Virus record (IMG/VR): IMGVR_UViG_3300005859_000132
Coordinates: 1-8,442 of that record
Length of the DNA: 8,442 nt
Reading direction: 5' to 3' (one strand)
Made by a program: the position numbers and the translations under genes. Below the pieces are notes generated by a model that searched no databases, was not told the origin of the DNA, and was given only the letters and a program-made list of their open reading frames with translations. Of this stretch, positions 1-6,105 are shown piece by piece. Numbering within the stretch: position 1 is the stretch's first letter; the number at the start of each line of letters is the position of its first letter.

Positions 1-113
1 AACTGAACTACGAGTCTTTTTAGACCTTTTATTTTTAAAATTCTAGATGCTATTTTGTTTTGTTCTTTTGCTGTCTTGCCTAACTCATCAATTATTTCTT
101 TAAGGGAAGCCAT
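1..113 (-). CDS. Rudiviral ssDNA-binding protein (SIRV2 gp17/ORF131-like), 5' part only; runs off the left edge
   Basis: Hand translation from ATG at 113 gives MASLKEIIDELGKTAKEQNKIASRILKIKGLKRLVVQ..., matching the N-terminus I recall for SIRV ORF131/gp17. GGGG upstream of the ATG and a TATA+TGTCA promoter at 143-157. Confidence 0.85.
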   Translation of the reverse strand, partial: MASLKEIIDELGKTAKEQNKIASRILKIKGLKRLVVQ

Positions 114-214
114 TTATGTCCCCGAATTAAAAATTTGAAATATGACAAATTTAAATATTCGAGAATTTAATAGCTTAATATATTCATCATTAAAAAAAGA
201 ATATAAAAAAAGAT

Positions 215-487
215 TTAAATTAGTTGAAAGAATATAGATCTAATTATCTTGGAGATTTTGAGATTATATTTTTTTGCTAATTCTTCTAACTTTTGGTAAT
301 ATAGTTCATCAATTGTAAAAAATACTCGTTCATCATAGTTGTCCATGCTTTCTATTAGCTTAAGTTCACTTTGACAGTTTAGTATTTTGTCAATTTCTTC
401 CTTAATTTTTTCTCTTTTCTCGTAAAAAAGAGATTTATACTTTGATGGAATTCGCAATTCGATATATTTGTTCTTCTGTCGTTTCAT
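215..487 (-). CDS. Putative DNA-binding protein with tandem RHH-like motifs (conserved rudiviral ~95-aa family)
   Basis: C-terminal RVFFTIDELYYQKLEELAKKYNLKISKIIRSIF is a typical ribbon-helix-helix pattern; N-terminal YIELRIPSKYKSLF looks like a second one. Own TGTCA element at 520-524. Confidence 0.7.
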   Translation of the reverse strand: MKRQKNKYIELRIPSKYKSLFYEKREKIKEEIDKILNCQSELKLIESMDNYDERVFFTIDELYYQKLEELAKKYNLKISKIIRSIFFQLI

Positions 488-558
488 ACATTTCTTTATT
501 TTTATAAAATATATAAACGTGACATATACATTTAAATGTCAGGTTTTCATTTTGAAAT

Positions 559-906
559 GTGATCTGTGAAAAAGTTTTCATTTATCATTTTCTTTACAAT
601 TATACATATTTTGTTACTATTGCTACAAATTATCGCTATAATGATACGAGAAAAATCTATAAAAAATTTCGACAATATGTTTATAATCATGATAAAAATT
701 CTCATATATTTAGTGTAAAAGAATATACTAAAAACTTTCATGGTCTTCATTACCATGTTTTAGTTTTCACGAATAAAAGACTTGATTATTCCAGAGTTCA
801 TAAGAAAATGCCGAAACATAGTGATATTAGAATTCAATTAGTTCCGAAAACAAAAAAAGATATAAAAAAAGTTTTAACTTATATGTTAAAAAATCAAATT
901 ACTTAA
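559..906 (+). CDS. rep: HUH-superfamily replication initiator Rep (SIRV ORF119/gp16-like)
   Basis: Motif I FVTIAT, motif II GLHYHVLVF, motif III YMLK. GTG start; in-frame TGA at 553-555 prevents upstream extension. Confidence 0.92.
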   Translation: MICEKVFIYHFLYNYTYFVTIATNYRYNDTRKIYKKFRQYVYNHDKNSHIFSVKEYTKNFHGLHYHVLVFTNKRLDYSRVHKKMPKHSDIRIQLVPKTKKDIKKVLTYMLKNQIT

Positions 907-907
907 A

Positions 908-1204
908 TTATTTGGATTGTGAAGTTTGAGAGTTTGAATTTTGTTCAGCTTTTTTCTGTGCTAATGAATTTACATCTCTTAATGTGTCCATATTTAATAA
1001 TGAATTAATTCCAAGAGTTGTAGTATCTTTAATTGATTCAACTGCTGAAATTGTAGATTTTGTCATTTGATCTATCGCCATTTGAAATGATTCGTTTGTT
1101 TGCTTTTGATTATAAAGATGTATTATTTCTCCGACAACATATGAACCTATTAGCACGCCCATTAATACTAGAAATCCTTCTAAAGCATCTGTTGTTATGC
1201 TCAT
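908..1204 (-). CDS. pvap: Virus-associated pyramid protein PVAP (SIRV2 P98/STIV C92 family), virion egress and lysis
   Basis: From ATG 1204 the ORF is exactly 98 aa: N-terminal transmembrane helix (GFLVLMGVLIGSYVVGEII) then HLYN..AIDQMTKST..ESIKDTT..GINSLLNMDTLRDVNSLA, as recalled for SIRV2 P98. The track's start at 1276 is probably spurious. Confidence 0.93.
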   Translation of the reverse strand: MSITTDALEGFLVLMGVLIGSYVVGEIIHLYNQKQTNESFQMAIDQMTKSTISAVESIKDTTTLGINSLLNMDTLRDVNSLAQKKAEQNSNSQTSQSK

Positions 1205-1302
1205 TTCAATTCTATTATATACAAATTTCTTAATAATAAAGTTTGTGCAAAAATTCGAAATATATAAATATGTCATAATATATGTTTATAAACTGAGGAG
1301 AA

Positions 1303-1464
1303 ATGGAGGAAAGAACAAAGAAAGAAAGAATTACATTTGGAATTCACATAGACAAAGATCTAAAGAGAAGACTAAAAATTTACTGCGTAAACAACAATAT
1401 CACAATGACTGAAGCAATAGAGGAAGCACTTGAAGAGTATTTGCAAAGGAGGCAATCGAAATGA
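1303..1464 (+). CDS. svtR: RHH transcriptional repressor SvtR (SIRV1 P56b ortholog), 53 aa; not in the ORF track
   Basis: Hand translation MEERTKKERITFGIHIDKDLKRRLKIYCVNNNITMTEAIEEALEEYLQRRQSK matches the SvtR pattern FGI.hDKDLK.RLK.YC..NN....AIEEA..EYLQ. SD-like GAGGAG at 1295-1300. Confidence 0.88.
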   Translation: MEERTKKERITFGIHIDKDLKRRLKIYCVNNNITMTEAIEEALEEYLQRRQSK

Positions 1465-1634
1465 GAGTAATAAGTATAAAAATTCCGGAAAAACTTCTTG
1501 ATGAGATTGATAATTATGCTATGAATCATGGTTTCTTTAGGTCTGAAGTTGTTAGATTAGCAATTATAGAATTTCTAGATAATCATGCTAAAAAGAAAGA
1601 AGATAATGAAGTTAAAGTTGAAAAAATTATATAA
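1461..1634 (+). CDS. CopG/RHH transcriptional regulator (SIRV ORF59-like), 57 aa; not in the ORF track
   Basis: MRVISIKIPEKLLDEIDNYAMNHGFFRSEVVRLAIIEFLDNHAKKKEDNEVKVEKII has the canonical RHH RSEVVR.AI motif. ATGA overlap with the svtR stop and AGGAGG upstream. Confidence 0.88.
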   Translation: MRVISIKIPEKLLDEIDNYAMNHGFFRSEVVRLAIIEFLDNHAKKKEDNEVKVEKII

Positions 1635-1662
1635 CTAAAAAAAGTTGTTAATTTTTTTTCTT
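1635..1662. terminator. Probable bidirectional archaeal oligo-T terminator between convergent genes
   Basis: A-tract followed by T-tract (aaaaaaagttgttaattttttttc), giving a T run on each strand just after each stop codon. Confidence 0.55.
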
Positions 1663-2205
1663 TTAGCTTCTATAATTCTGAACTTTATGAATTTCGAATT
1701 TTGGAAGTGTTACATTATTCTGTTTCTGATATTTTCCGTGATAAGGATTCTCAACTGGTGTTAAAGTTCTAGCAAAAATTAAATGTAAAAATCTACTTCC
1801 ACTTGTTAATCTAATTGGAAATTCTGAGCCTACAATTTCTATAGTTAATTGTCCTTTGAATCCAGCATCAACAATTGTTGGAGGTATGGAAATTCCAAGT
1901 CTAGCGTAAGTTGATCTTAAATTCACGAAAGCCATTATGTCATTTGGCAATTCTATATATTCCAAAGTTGTCATTAATAAATGTTCATGTGGCTGTACTA
2001 TAATTTCGTTCAAATCTATAATTTCATAAAAATCTTCTATATTATCTCCTTCATTAAATATTTTGTTTGTCTTTTTCAATCTAGCAAATTGTGAGCCAAT
2101 TCTCAAATCTATGCCATTTTCTCTAACTATTTCTTCACTAAATGGCACTATCTTTATCCATTCTTTTTCTAGATAATATTTTAAATCTCTATCGCTTAAA
2201 ATCAT
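1663..2205 (-). CDS. dcd: dCTP deaminase/dUTPase family protein (trimeric dUTPase fold)
   Basis: MILSDRD start, [30 protein letters not shown] and PYHGKYQKQ motifs. Rudiviruses carry this family as a dUTPase; actual activity here is undetermined. Confidence 0.92.
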   Translation of the reverse strand: MILSDRDLKYYLEKEWIKIVPFSEEIVRENGIDLRIGSQFARLKKTNKIFNEGDNIEDFYEIIDLNEIIVQPHEHLLMTTLEYIELPNDIMAFVNLRSTYARLGISIPPTIVDAGFKGQLTIEIVGSEFPIRLTSGSRFLHLIFARTLTPVENPYHGKYQKQNNVTLPKFEIHKVQNYRS

Positions 2206-2260
2206 ATTCGGTCAAGTTAAAAAAACATAATATGACATATATATTCTCATTTTCGTTTTT

Positions 2261-2428
2261 TCAATCTTTATCTAGATGTTGATTTGTAATTATTTCTACA
2301 GTCATATCATTTATAAGTTTATACAATTTCCCATTACATTCAATAAAATAATCTCCATTATCATAAATTATTTTACTTTCTTTACAATTTTCTGGATTTT
2401 TTGGGTTTGAGTCGACATTCTTTTTCAT
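2261..2428 (-). CDS. Hypothetical protein, 55 aa; not in the ORF track
   Basis: MKKNVDSNPKNPENCKESKIIYDNGDYFIECNGKLYKLINDMTVEIITNQHLDKD fills the gap, has its own TATA+TGTCA (2449-2460) and a T-rich/A-tract boundary after the stop. Confidence 0.7.
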   Translation of the reverse strand: MKKNVDSNPKNPENCKESKIIYDNGDYFIECNGKLYKLINDMTVEIITNQHLDKD

Positions 2429-2466
2429 GATTATAACTTTTTATTTTATGACATATATATTTTTAT

Positions 2467-2709
2467 TTATCGTTTTCTTTTTAATCTCTCAATTTCTGCT
2501 TTAAGTTCATCAATTTCATCATAAATATCTGCAAAAATGCTATAAATTTCTAAATACATAGATGCGAAAATTCCAGATGCAAAAATTACTGATATTATAA
2601 TTTCTAATATATTTTTTGTTAGAATTCCTAATGACAAAATTACTAAAGCTAAAAATATAAAAGCTAGAAAAATTAGGAAAACTATTATTTCACGAAATTC
2701 TCTATCCAT
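2467..2709 (-). CDS. Small membrane protein (two predicted TM helices plus C-terminal coiled coil)
   Basis: Hydrophobic stretches at about aa 8-30 and 35-58, then DEIDELKAEIERLKRKR. TATA+TGTCA at 2737-2750. Confidence 0.75.
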   Translation of the reverse strand: MDREFREIIVFLIFLAFIFLALVILSLGILTKNILEIIISVIFASGIFASMYLEIYSIFADIYDEIDELKAEIERLKRKR

Positions 2710-2764
2710 TTTTTCTCAGTTTTATTTTTCGTTTTCTGACAAATTTATAAGTATTTATTTCAAG

Positions 2765-2899
2765 TCATTTTGAAGACTTAGACTTATGTTCTGGATGAAG
2801 TTCATAATAAGCCTCAATTAACATTTTTCTGAATTCTTCTAAATCTTCATCAGTTTCGATAACTAGAAATCTTTCTCCATCTTTTTCTTCAATTCTCAT
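2765..2899 (-). CDS. Hypothetical acidic protein, 44 aa; not in the ORF track
   Basis: MRIEEKDGERFLVIETDEDLEEFRKMLIEAYYELHPEHKSKSSK has protein-like composition (beta-hairpin plus helix) and its own TATA+TGTCA at 2918-2930. Confidence 0.72.
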   Translation of the reverse strand: MRIEEKDGERFLVIETDEDLEEFRKMLIEAYYELHPEHKSKSSK

Positions 2900-2955
2900 A
2901 TATGAATATTTGTTACTTGACATTTTAAAATTTTTGCCTTATTCTCAATTTTAAA

Positions 2956-3267
2956 TTAAAGGATTTCGCTTTGTTCAGTTCTATCGATTTTACCGCAAAA
3001 TACATTAATATCAAACATGTTTCTGTTATATCTCCAATTTACTTTTATTAATTCTGGATATCTAAAAGTTTTAATTATATAATTTATAATTCCTAGTCCA
3101 TTTTTTTCGTAAAATTTTTTCGATACATTCATTTTAATTTTTATACTTACAAGATTTTCATCTTCCAAAACTATAAAATCATAAACATTATCAAAGTAAC
3201 GACTTTTCAACCATTTAAAAATTTGAACTGTATATTTTCTACATTCATATTTTGCAAAATCACTCAT
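2956..3267 (-). CDS. Conserved rudiviral hypothetical protein (ORF103-like)
   Basis: 103-aa ORF between the dUTPase and capsid genes, as in SIRV gene order. TATA+TGTCA at 3286-3299. Confidence 0.75.
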   Translation of the reverse strand: MSDFAKYECRKYTVQIFKWLKSRYFDNVYDFIVLEDENLVSIKIKMNVSKKFYEKNGLGIINYIIKTFRYPELIKVNWRYNRNMFDINVFCGKIDRTEQSEIL

Positions 3268-3311
3268 ATTTTAAAATCTATGATGTGACAATTTAAAAAT
3301 TTTGTATTATT

Positions 3312-3509
3312 TTGTATATAGGATATTTCATAATAAGTAACTCTCGGAATTATCTTAATTTTTTAGTCTATAATTTCCACAATTCATATACAAAATATTA
3401 TGTATATAGCTTTTGTCTTGAATTATTCATCAATTTCAACAATTATTATTCATCATATTACATATACGGCGTGAAAATTTATATTGTAGAAATTAAAATT
3501 TTTAATTGA
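3312..3509 (+). CDS. Doubtful ORF upstream of the capsid gene (position of SIRV ORF75/76)
   Basis: TTG start and Y/N/F/I-rich composition typical of AT-rich non-coding DNA. It overlaps the capsid promoter; only synteny supports it. Confidence 0.25.
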   Translation: MYIGYFIISNSRNYLNFLVYNFHNSYTKYYVYSFCLELFINFNNYYSSYYIYGVKIYIVEIKIFN

Positions 3510-3515
3510 CCAAAA
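3472..3515 (+). promoter_or_regulatory. Putative capsid gene promoter (BRE+TATA, no TGTCA)
   Basis: GAAAATTTATATT at about 3473-3485, about 30 nt before ATG 3516. Confidence 0.5.
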
Positions 3516-3920
3516 ATGGCGAAAGGTCACACACCAAGAAGCTATTCACAAAGATACGCAAAATGGGGAGCTAAGTTTACTGCATTTTCAAATCCTACTG
3601 TAGCTAGTACAATATTAACTAATGTATCTCCTGTAGCTCAAGAAAACTTCCAGACTAATGTACCAAAATTTGTAGCTGTTAATCAACAAGTAGCCGCAGT
3701 ACTTTCCGAATACGGAATTACTGGCCCACAAAGAGCAATTTATCAAGGTTATGGACTTAAGGTAGCTAGAGCTTTAAATAGGTTAGGCGGAGGCCCTGCT
3801 TTAGTAAATATGATAAACGGTTTGAAGGCTTATTATATAAATGCCTTTAATGCTAATCCAACTGTTCTAGATGCAGTTACCAATATAATTACTGGATCTC
3901 CAACTGGATACGTGAGCTAA
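3516..3920 (+). CDS. Rudivirus major capsid protein (ORF134/gp26, SIRV2 fold)
   Basis: 134 aa, MAKGHTPRSYSQRYAKW..KF.AFSNPTVASTIL..GITGP.RAIYQG.GLKVARALNRLGGGPALVNMINGLK.YYI.AFNANP.VLDAVTNIITGSPTGYVS, close to the SIRV coat protein as recalled. Confidence 0.98.
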   Translation: MAKGHTPRSYSQRYAKWGAKFTAFSNPTVASTILTNVSPVAQENFQTNVPKFVAVNQQVAAVLSEYGITGPQRAIYQGYGLKVARALNRLGGGPALVNMINGLKAYYINAFNANPTVLDAVTNIITGSPTGYVS

Positions 3921-3944
3921 AAAGTTCTATATTATCTTTAAAGC

Positions 3945-4010
3945 TATTCTATTTTTTTATTTTTTTAATTTTAGAATTCTAGTTCAAATTTAAATTTTAA
4001 AAAAATTTAC
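3945..4010. terminator. T-rich terminator region between the convergent capsid and zinc-finger genes
   Basis: ttttttta-ttttttt on + at about 3952-3966 and an A-tract at about 3999-4005 that serves the - strand. Confidence 0.5.
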
Positions 4011-4019
4011 TTTTAACTT

Positions 4020-4190
4020 TTAATCATTATCTTCTACTTTTGTTTCGACATATTCATAAGTTTTCTTACTAATTCTTTTACAGTCACTTAATTTTAAGTT
4101 TTTGTTATGTCTTTTTATATGGTTTATCATACTATTTCTGTTTCTACTGATAAAACCACAAATTGGACATTCGTATAAAAATATGCCCAT
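4020..4190 (-). CDS. C2H2 zinc-finger protein (SIRV ORF55-like), 56 aa; not in the ORF track
   Basis: MGIFLYECPICGFISRNRNSMINHIKRHNKNLKLSDCKRISKKTYEYVETKVEDND has C-x2-C-x12-H-x3-H. Syntenic between the capsid and glycosyltransferase genes. Confidence 0.88.
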   Translation of the reverse strand: MGIFLYECPICGFISRNRNSMINHIKRHNKNLKLSDCKRISKKTYEYVETKVEDND

Positions 4191-4290
4191 GTGCTTAATT
4201 TCAAACAGGACAAATATAAAAGCTTTGAACTTGCACTGGTTCAGCCTTAATTTAGAAAAAAAGAATTTCTAGTTTGGCTTCACCATATGA

Positions 4291-4316
4291 TTTTTAAGTG
4301 TCATGACATTTAAAAA
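4291..4316. promoter_or_regulatory. Palindromic overlapping divergent promoter
   Basis: TTTTTAAG-TGTCATGACA-TTTAAAAA is a near-perfect 26-bp palindrome that reads TATA+TGTCA on both strands, with ATGs at 4323 (+) and 4286 (-). Confidence 0.75.
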
Positions 4317-4322
4317 TTCTTC

Positions 4323-5354
4323 ATGGAAGTGTCGAACACAGTTCGCCACAAAACCGTAATTTTGACTATGAATTATTCTTCAATTCGAAATGTAGCAGAA
4401 GATATAGCTCAAGTTCTTAGAAAGAATGGAGAAATTGTAACAATTTCAACAAATCCATATTTAATACCACAAAGTGATAAATTAATTGTTTTTGTTCCAT
4501 TTCATCCGCCATCACTGAATCCGTATCTTTTTACATTTCATGAATTTAAAGGAGAAAAATACTTTTATACAACTTGTGATGGTCAGCCTAATTTAAATAT
4601 TGTAAATCAATATCTATTAAAAGACATAAAATTTATTCCAAATTCAAAATTTACAGCTCAAAATCTACAGGAGGCTGGACTAGATGTAGATTTGCCGGTT
4701 TTTCATGGAGTTAACTTTGAAATTGTAGAAAAAGCTGAAAAATTAGCTATTCAATTAAAACAAAAGTTGGATAAAGACTTTCCAGACACGATAAAATTTG
4801 GCATAGTTTCTGGTTTAACTAAGAGAAAAAACATGGATTTAATGTTGAAAGTTTTCCAGGAGATAAATACTAAAATTCCAGATTTAGCTAAAAAGGTTCA
4901 CTTTTTTGTTATTTCTCATAAACAATTTAAAGATTTTGAAGTTCCTGAAAATGTACATTTTGTTTCAGAATTTGGACTAAATCCTAGAGAATATATTTTT
5001 GCATTTTACAAAATTATGGATTTTACAATTGTACCGAGTGGAACAGAAGGGTTTGGGATGCCAGTTCTAGAAAGTATGGCCATGGGTACTCCAGTTATCC
5101 ATCAACTTATGCCTCCATTTGATGAATTTACATCATGGCAGTGGAATTTATTAATAAAATCTAGTGAAGTTGAAGAGTATTACGATAAAGATCATGGACA
5201 AAAATGGAGAATTCATAAATTTGATATTCAAGATATGGTAAGTGCAATATTAATAGCTTCAGAACTTCAAGATAGAGAAGAAAGAAGTAAAAACTTAAGA
5301 GAATTAGCTAAGAGATATGATATTAATAATTTATATGTCAGATTCTTAGAATGA
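4323..5354 (+). CDS. Glycosyltransferase, GT-B fold, family 4 (SIRV ORF335-like)
   Basis: KRKN donor-binding region and PSGTEGFGMPVLESMAMGTPVI (E-x7-E) signature. Confidence 0.95.
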   Translation: MEVSNTVRHKTVILTMNYSSIRNVAEDIAQVLRKNGEIVTISTNPYLIPQSDKLIVFVPFHPPSLNPYLFTFHEFKGEKYFYTTCDGQPNLNIVNQYLLKDIKFIPNSKFTAQNLQEAGLDVDLPVFHGVNFEIVEKAEKLAIQLKQKLDKDFPDTIKFGIVSGLTKRKNMDLMLKVFQEINTKIPDLAKKVHFFVISHKQFKDFEVPENVHFVSEFGLNPREYIFAFYKIMDFTIVPSGTEGFGMPVLESMAMGTPVIHQLMPPFDEFTSWQWNLLIKSSEVEEYYDKDHGQKWRIHKFDIQDMVSAILIASELQDREERSKNLRELAKRYDINNLYVRFLE

Positions 5355-5372
5355 TTTCGTAAATCGATAAAC

Positions 5373-5417
5373 CGAAAAATTTATATGCATAAAATAGTAT
5401 ATAATTATTGTGAGAGT
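5373..5417 (+). promoter_or_regulatory. BRE-TATA promoter, accessory class, copy 1
   Basis: CGAAAAATTTATAT begins 45 nt before ATG 5418; similar to the copies at 6797 and 7277. Confidence 0.65.
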
Positions 5418-5546
5418 ATGGAGGAAGTGATAATTGAGTGTGAAAATTTAGGAAAGTTTCACGTAAAAAAAGAAGATGGAATAATAATTAAGAATATCAT
5501 AAAAATGTGTAATGATTATGGATTAGAGATCAAAGTGGTGGAATAA
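5418..5546 (+). CDS. Hypothetical protein, 42 aa; not in the ORF track
   Basis: MEEVIIECENLGKFHVKKEDGIIIKNIIKMCNDYGLEIKVVE has an upstream promoter, and its TAA directly abuts ATG 5547, which has GTGGTGG upstream. Confidence 0.72.
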   Translation: MEEVIIECENLGKFHVKKEDGIIIKNIIKMCNDYGLEIKVVE

Positions 5547-5846
5547 ATGCCGAAATATTATTACTGTTATATTTGTAAAATTTCAATATCAGGCAAAAAA
5601 CAATTTAAAAAACATGTACAGAAACATTATAATGGCGAAAGATGTCCATATTGTAATATGAAAACTAAGAATTTATTTATACATTTATCATTTTATCATA
5701 TCAATTTCAAGAAAAGCATGCTGTTGAATCGAGATTTAGCAATATTAGCGAAAGAAGCAGGAAGCGTGACAATATTAGATGACCCAGAACTAAAGTTAGA
5801 CAGATTTAAAAAATATAATATAATCAGATTGATGAAAAAGTTATAA
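5547..5846 (+). CDS. Double C2H2 zinc-finger protein
   Basis: CYIC-x12-HVQKH and CPYC-x9-HLSFYH; basic protein. Confidence 0.85.
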   Translation: MPKYYYCYICKISISGKKQFKKHVQKHYNGERCPYCNMKTKNLFIHLSFYHINFKKSMLLNRDLAILAKEAGSVTILDDPELKLDRFKKYNIIRLMKKL

Positions 5847-5870
5847 TTCTTTTTTCTTTTTTTATCTTTT
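5847..5870 (+). terminator. Oligo-T terminator
   Basis: ttcttttttctttttttatctttt immediately after the stop codon. Confidence 0.6.
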
Positions 5871-6068
5871 TCATTTCTTGTTTTGTGAATTTTCTCTTAT
5901 CAAAATTGTTACTTCTGTATTAAGATCAGATATTGCATCTCTTAAACTTAATAATAATGTCATTATGTCTTCATCACTCAAAGCTTTATTATTTTCAATT
6001 TCTTCAGCTATGTTATATAGCCATTTTGTTAATAATTTAATTCTTACTAATTCTATTTCTTTTACCAT
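5871..6068 (-). CDS. Conserved helical hypothetical protein (SIRV ORF64-like)
   Basis: Amphipathic helical pattern, GTGAG upstream of the ATG, TGTCA element at 6097-6101, synteny. Confidence 0.72.
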   Translation of the reverse strand: MVKEIELVRIKLLTKWLYNIAEEIENNKALSDEDIMTLLLSLRDAISDLNTEVTILIRENSQNKK

Positions 6069-6105
6069 CTTCTCACGTATATAAAAATTTATAATATGAC
6101 AAATA

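Noticed and set aside
547-756. 69-aa - strand ORF
   Set aside because: Antisense shadow of rep; I/F/K-rich composition and no promoter.
559-906. IS200/IS605 TnpA transposase or plasmid Rep (mobile element)
   Set aside because: The HUH/Y motifs fit the rudiviral core Rep, and no flanking hairpin ends or tnpB are seen.
1205-1276. 24-aa N-terminal extension of PVAP in the ORF track
   Set aside because: Runs through promoter DNA; ATG 1204 gives the expected 98-aa protein starting at the TM helix.
1197-1412. 71-aa + strand ORF
   Set aside because: Spans the pvap/svtR promoter region and overlaps svtR out of frame; svtR has a recognisable family pattern and SD.
2956-3267. Possible AcrID1-family member, based on size
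   Set aside because: Basic rather than acidic, no resemblance to recalled AcrID1, and it has a core-type TGTCA promoter and core position.
3965-4005. Short AT palindromes (TAGAATTCTA, AAATTTAAATTT)
   Set aside because: Expected by chance in AT-rich terminator DNA.
5878-6084. 68-aa + strand ORF
   Set aside because: Antisense to the ORF64-like gene and lies after a terminator, with a non-ATG start.
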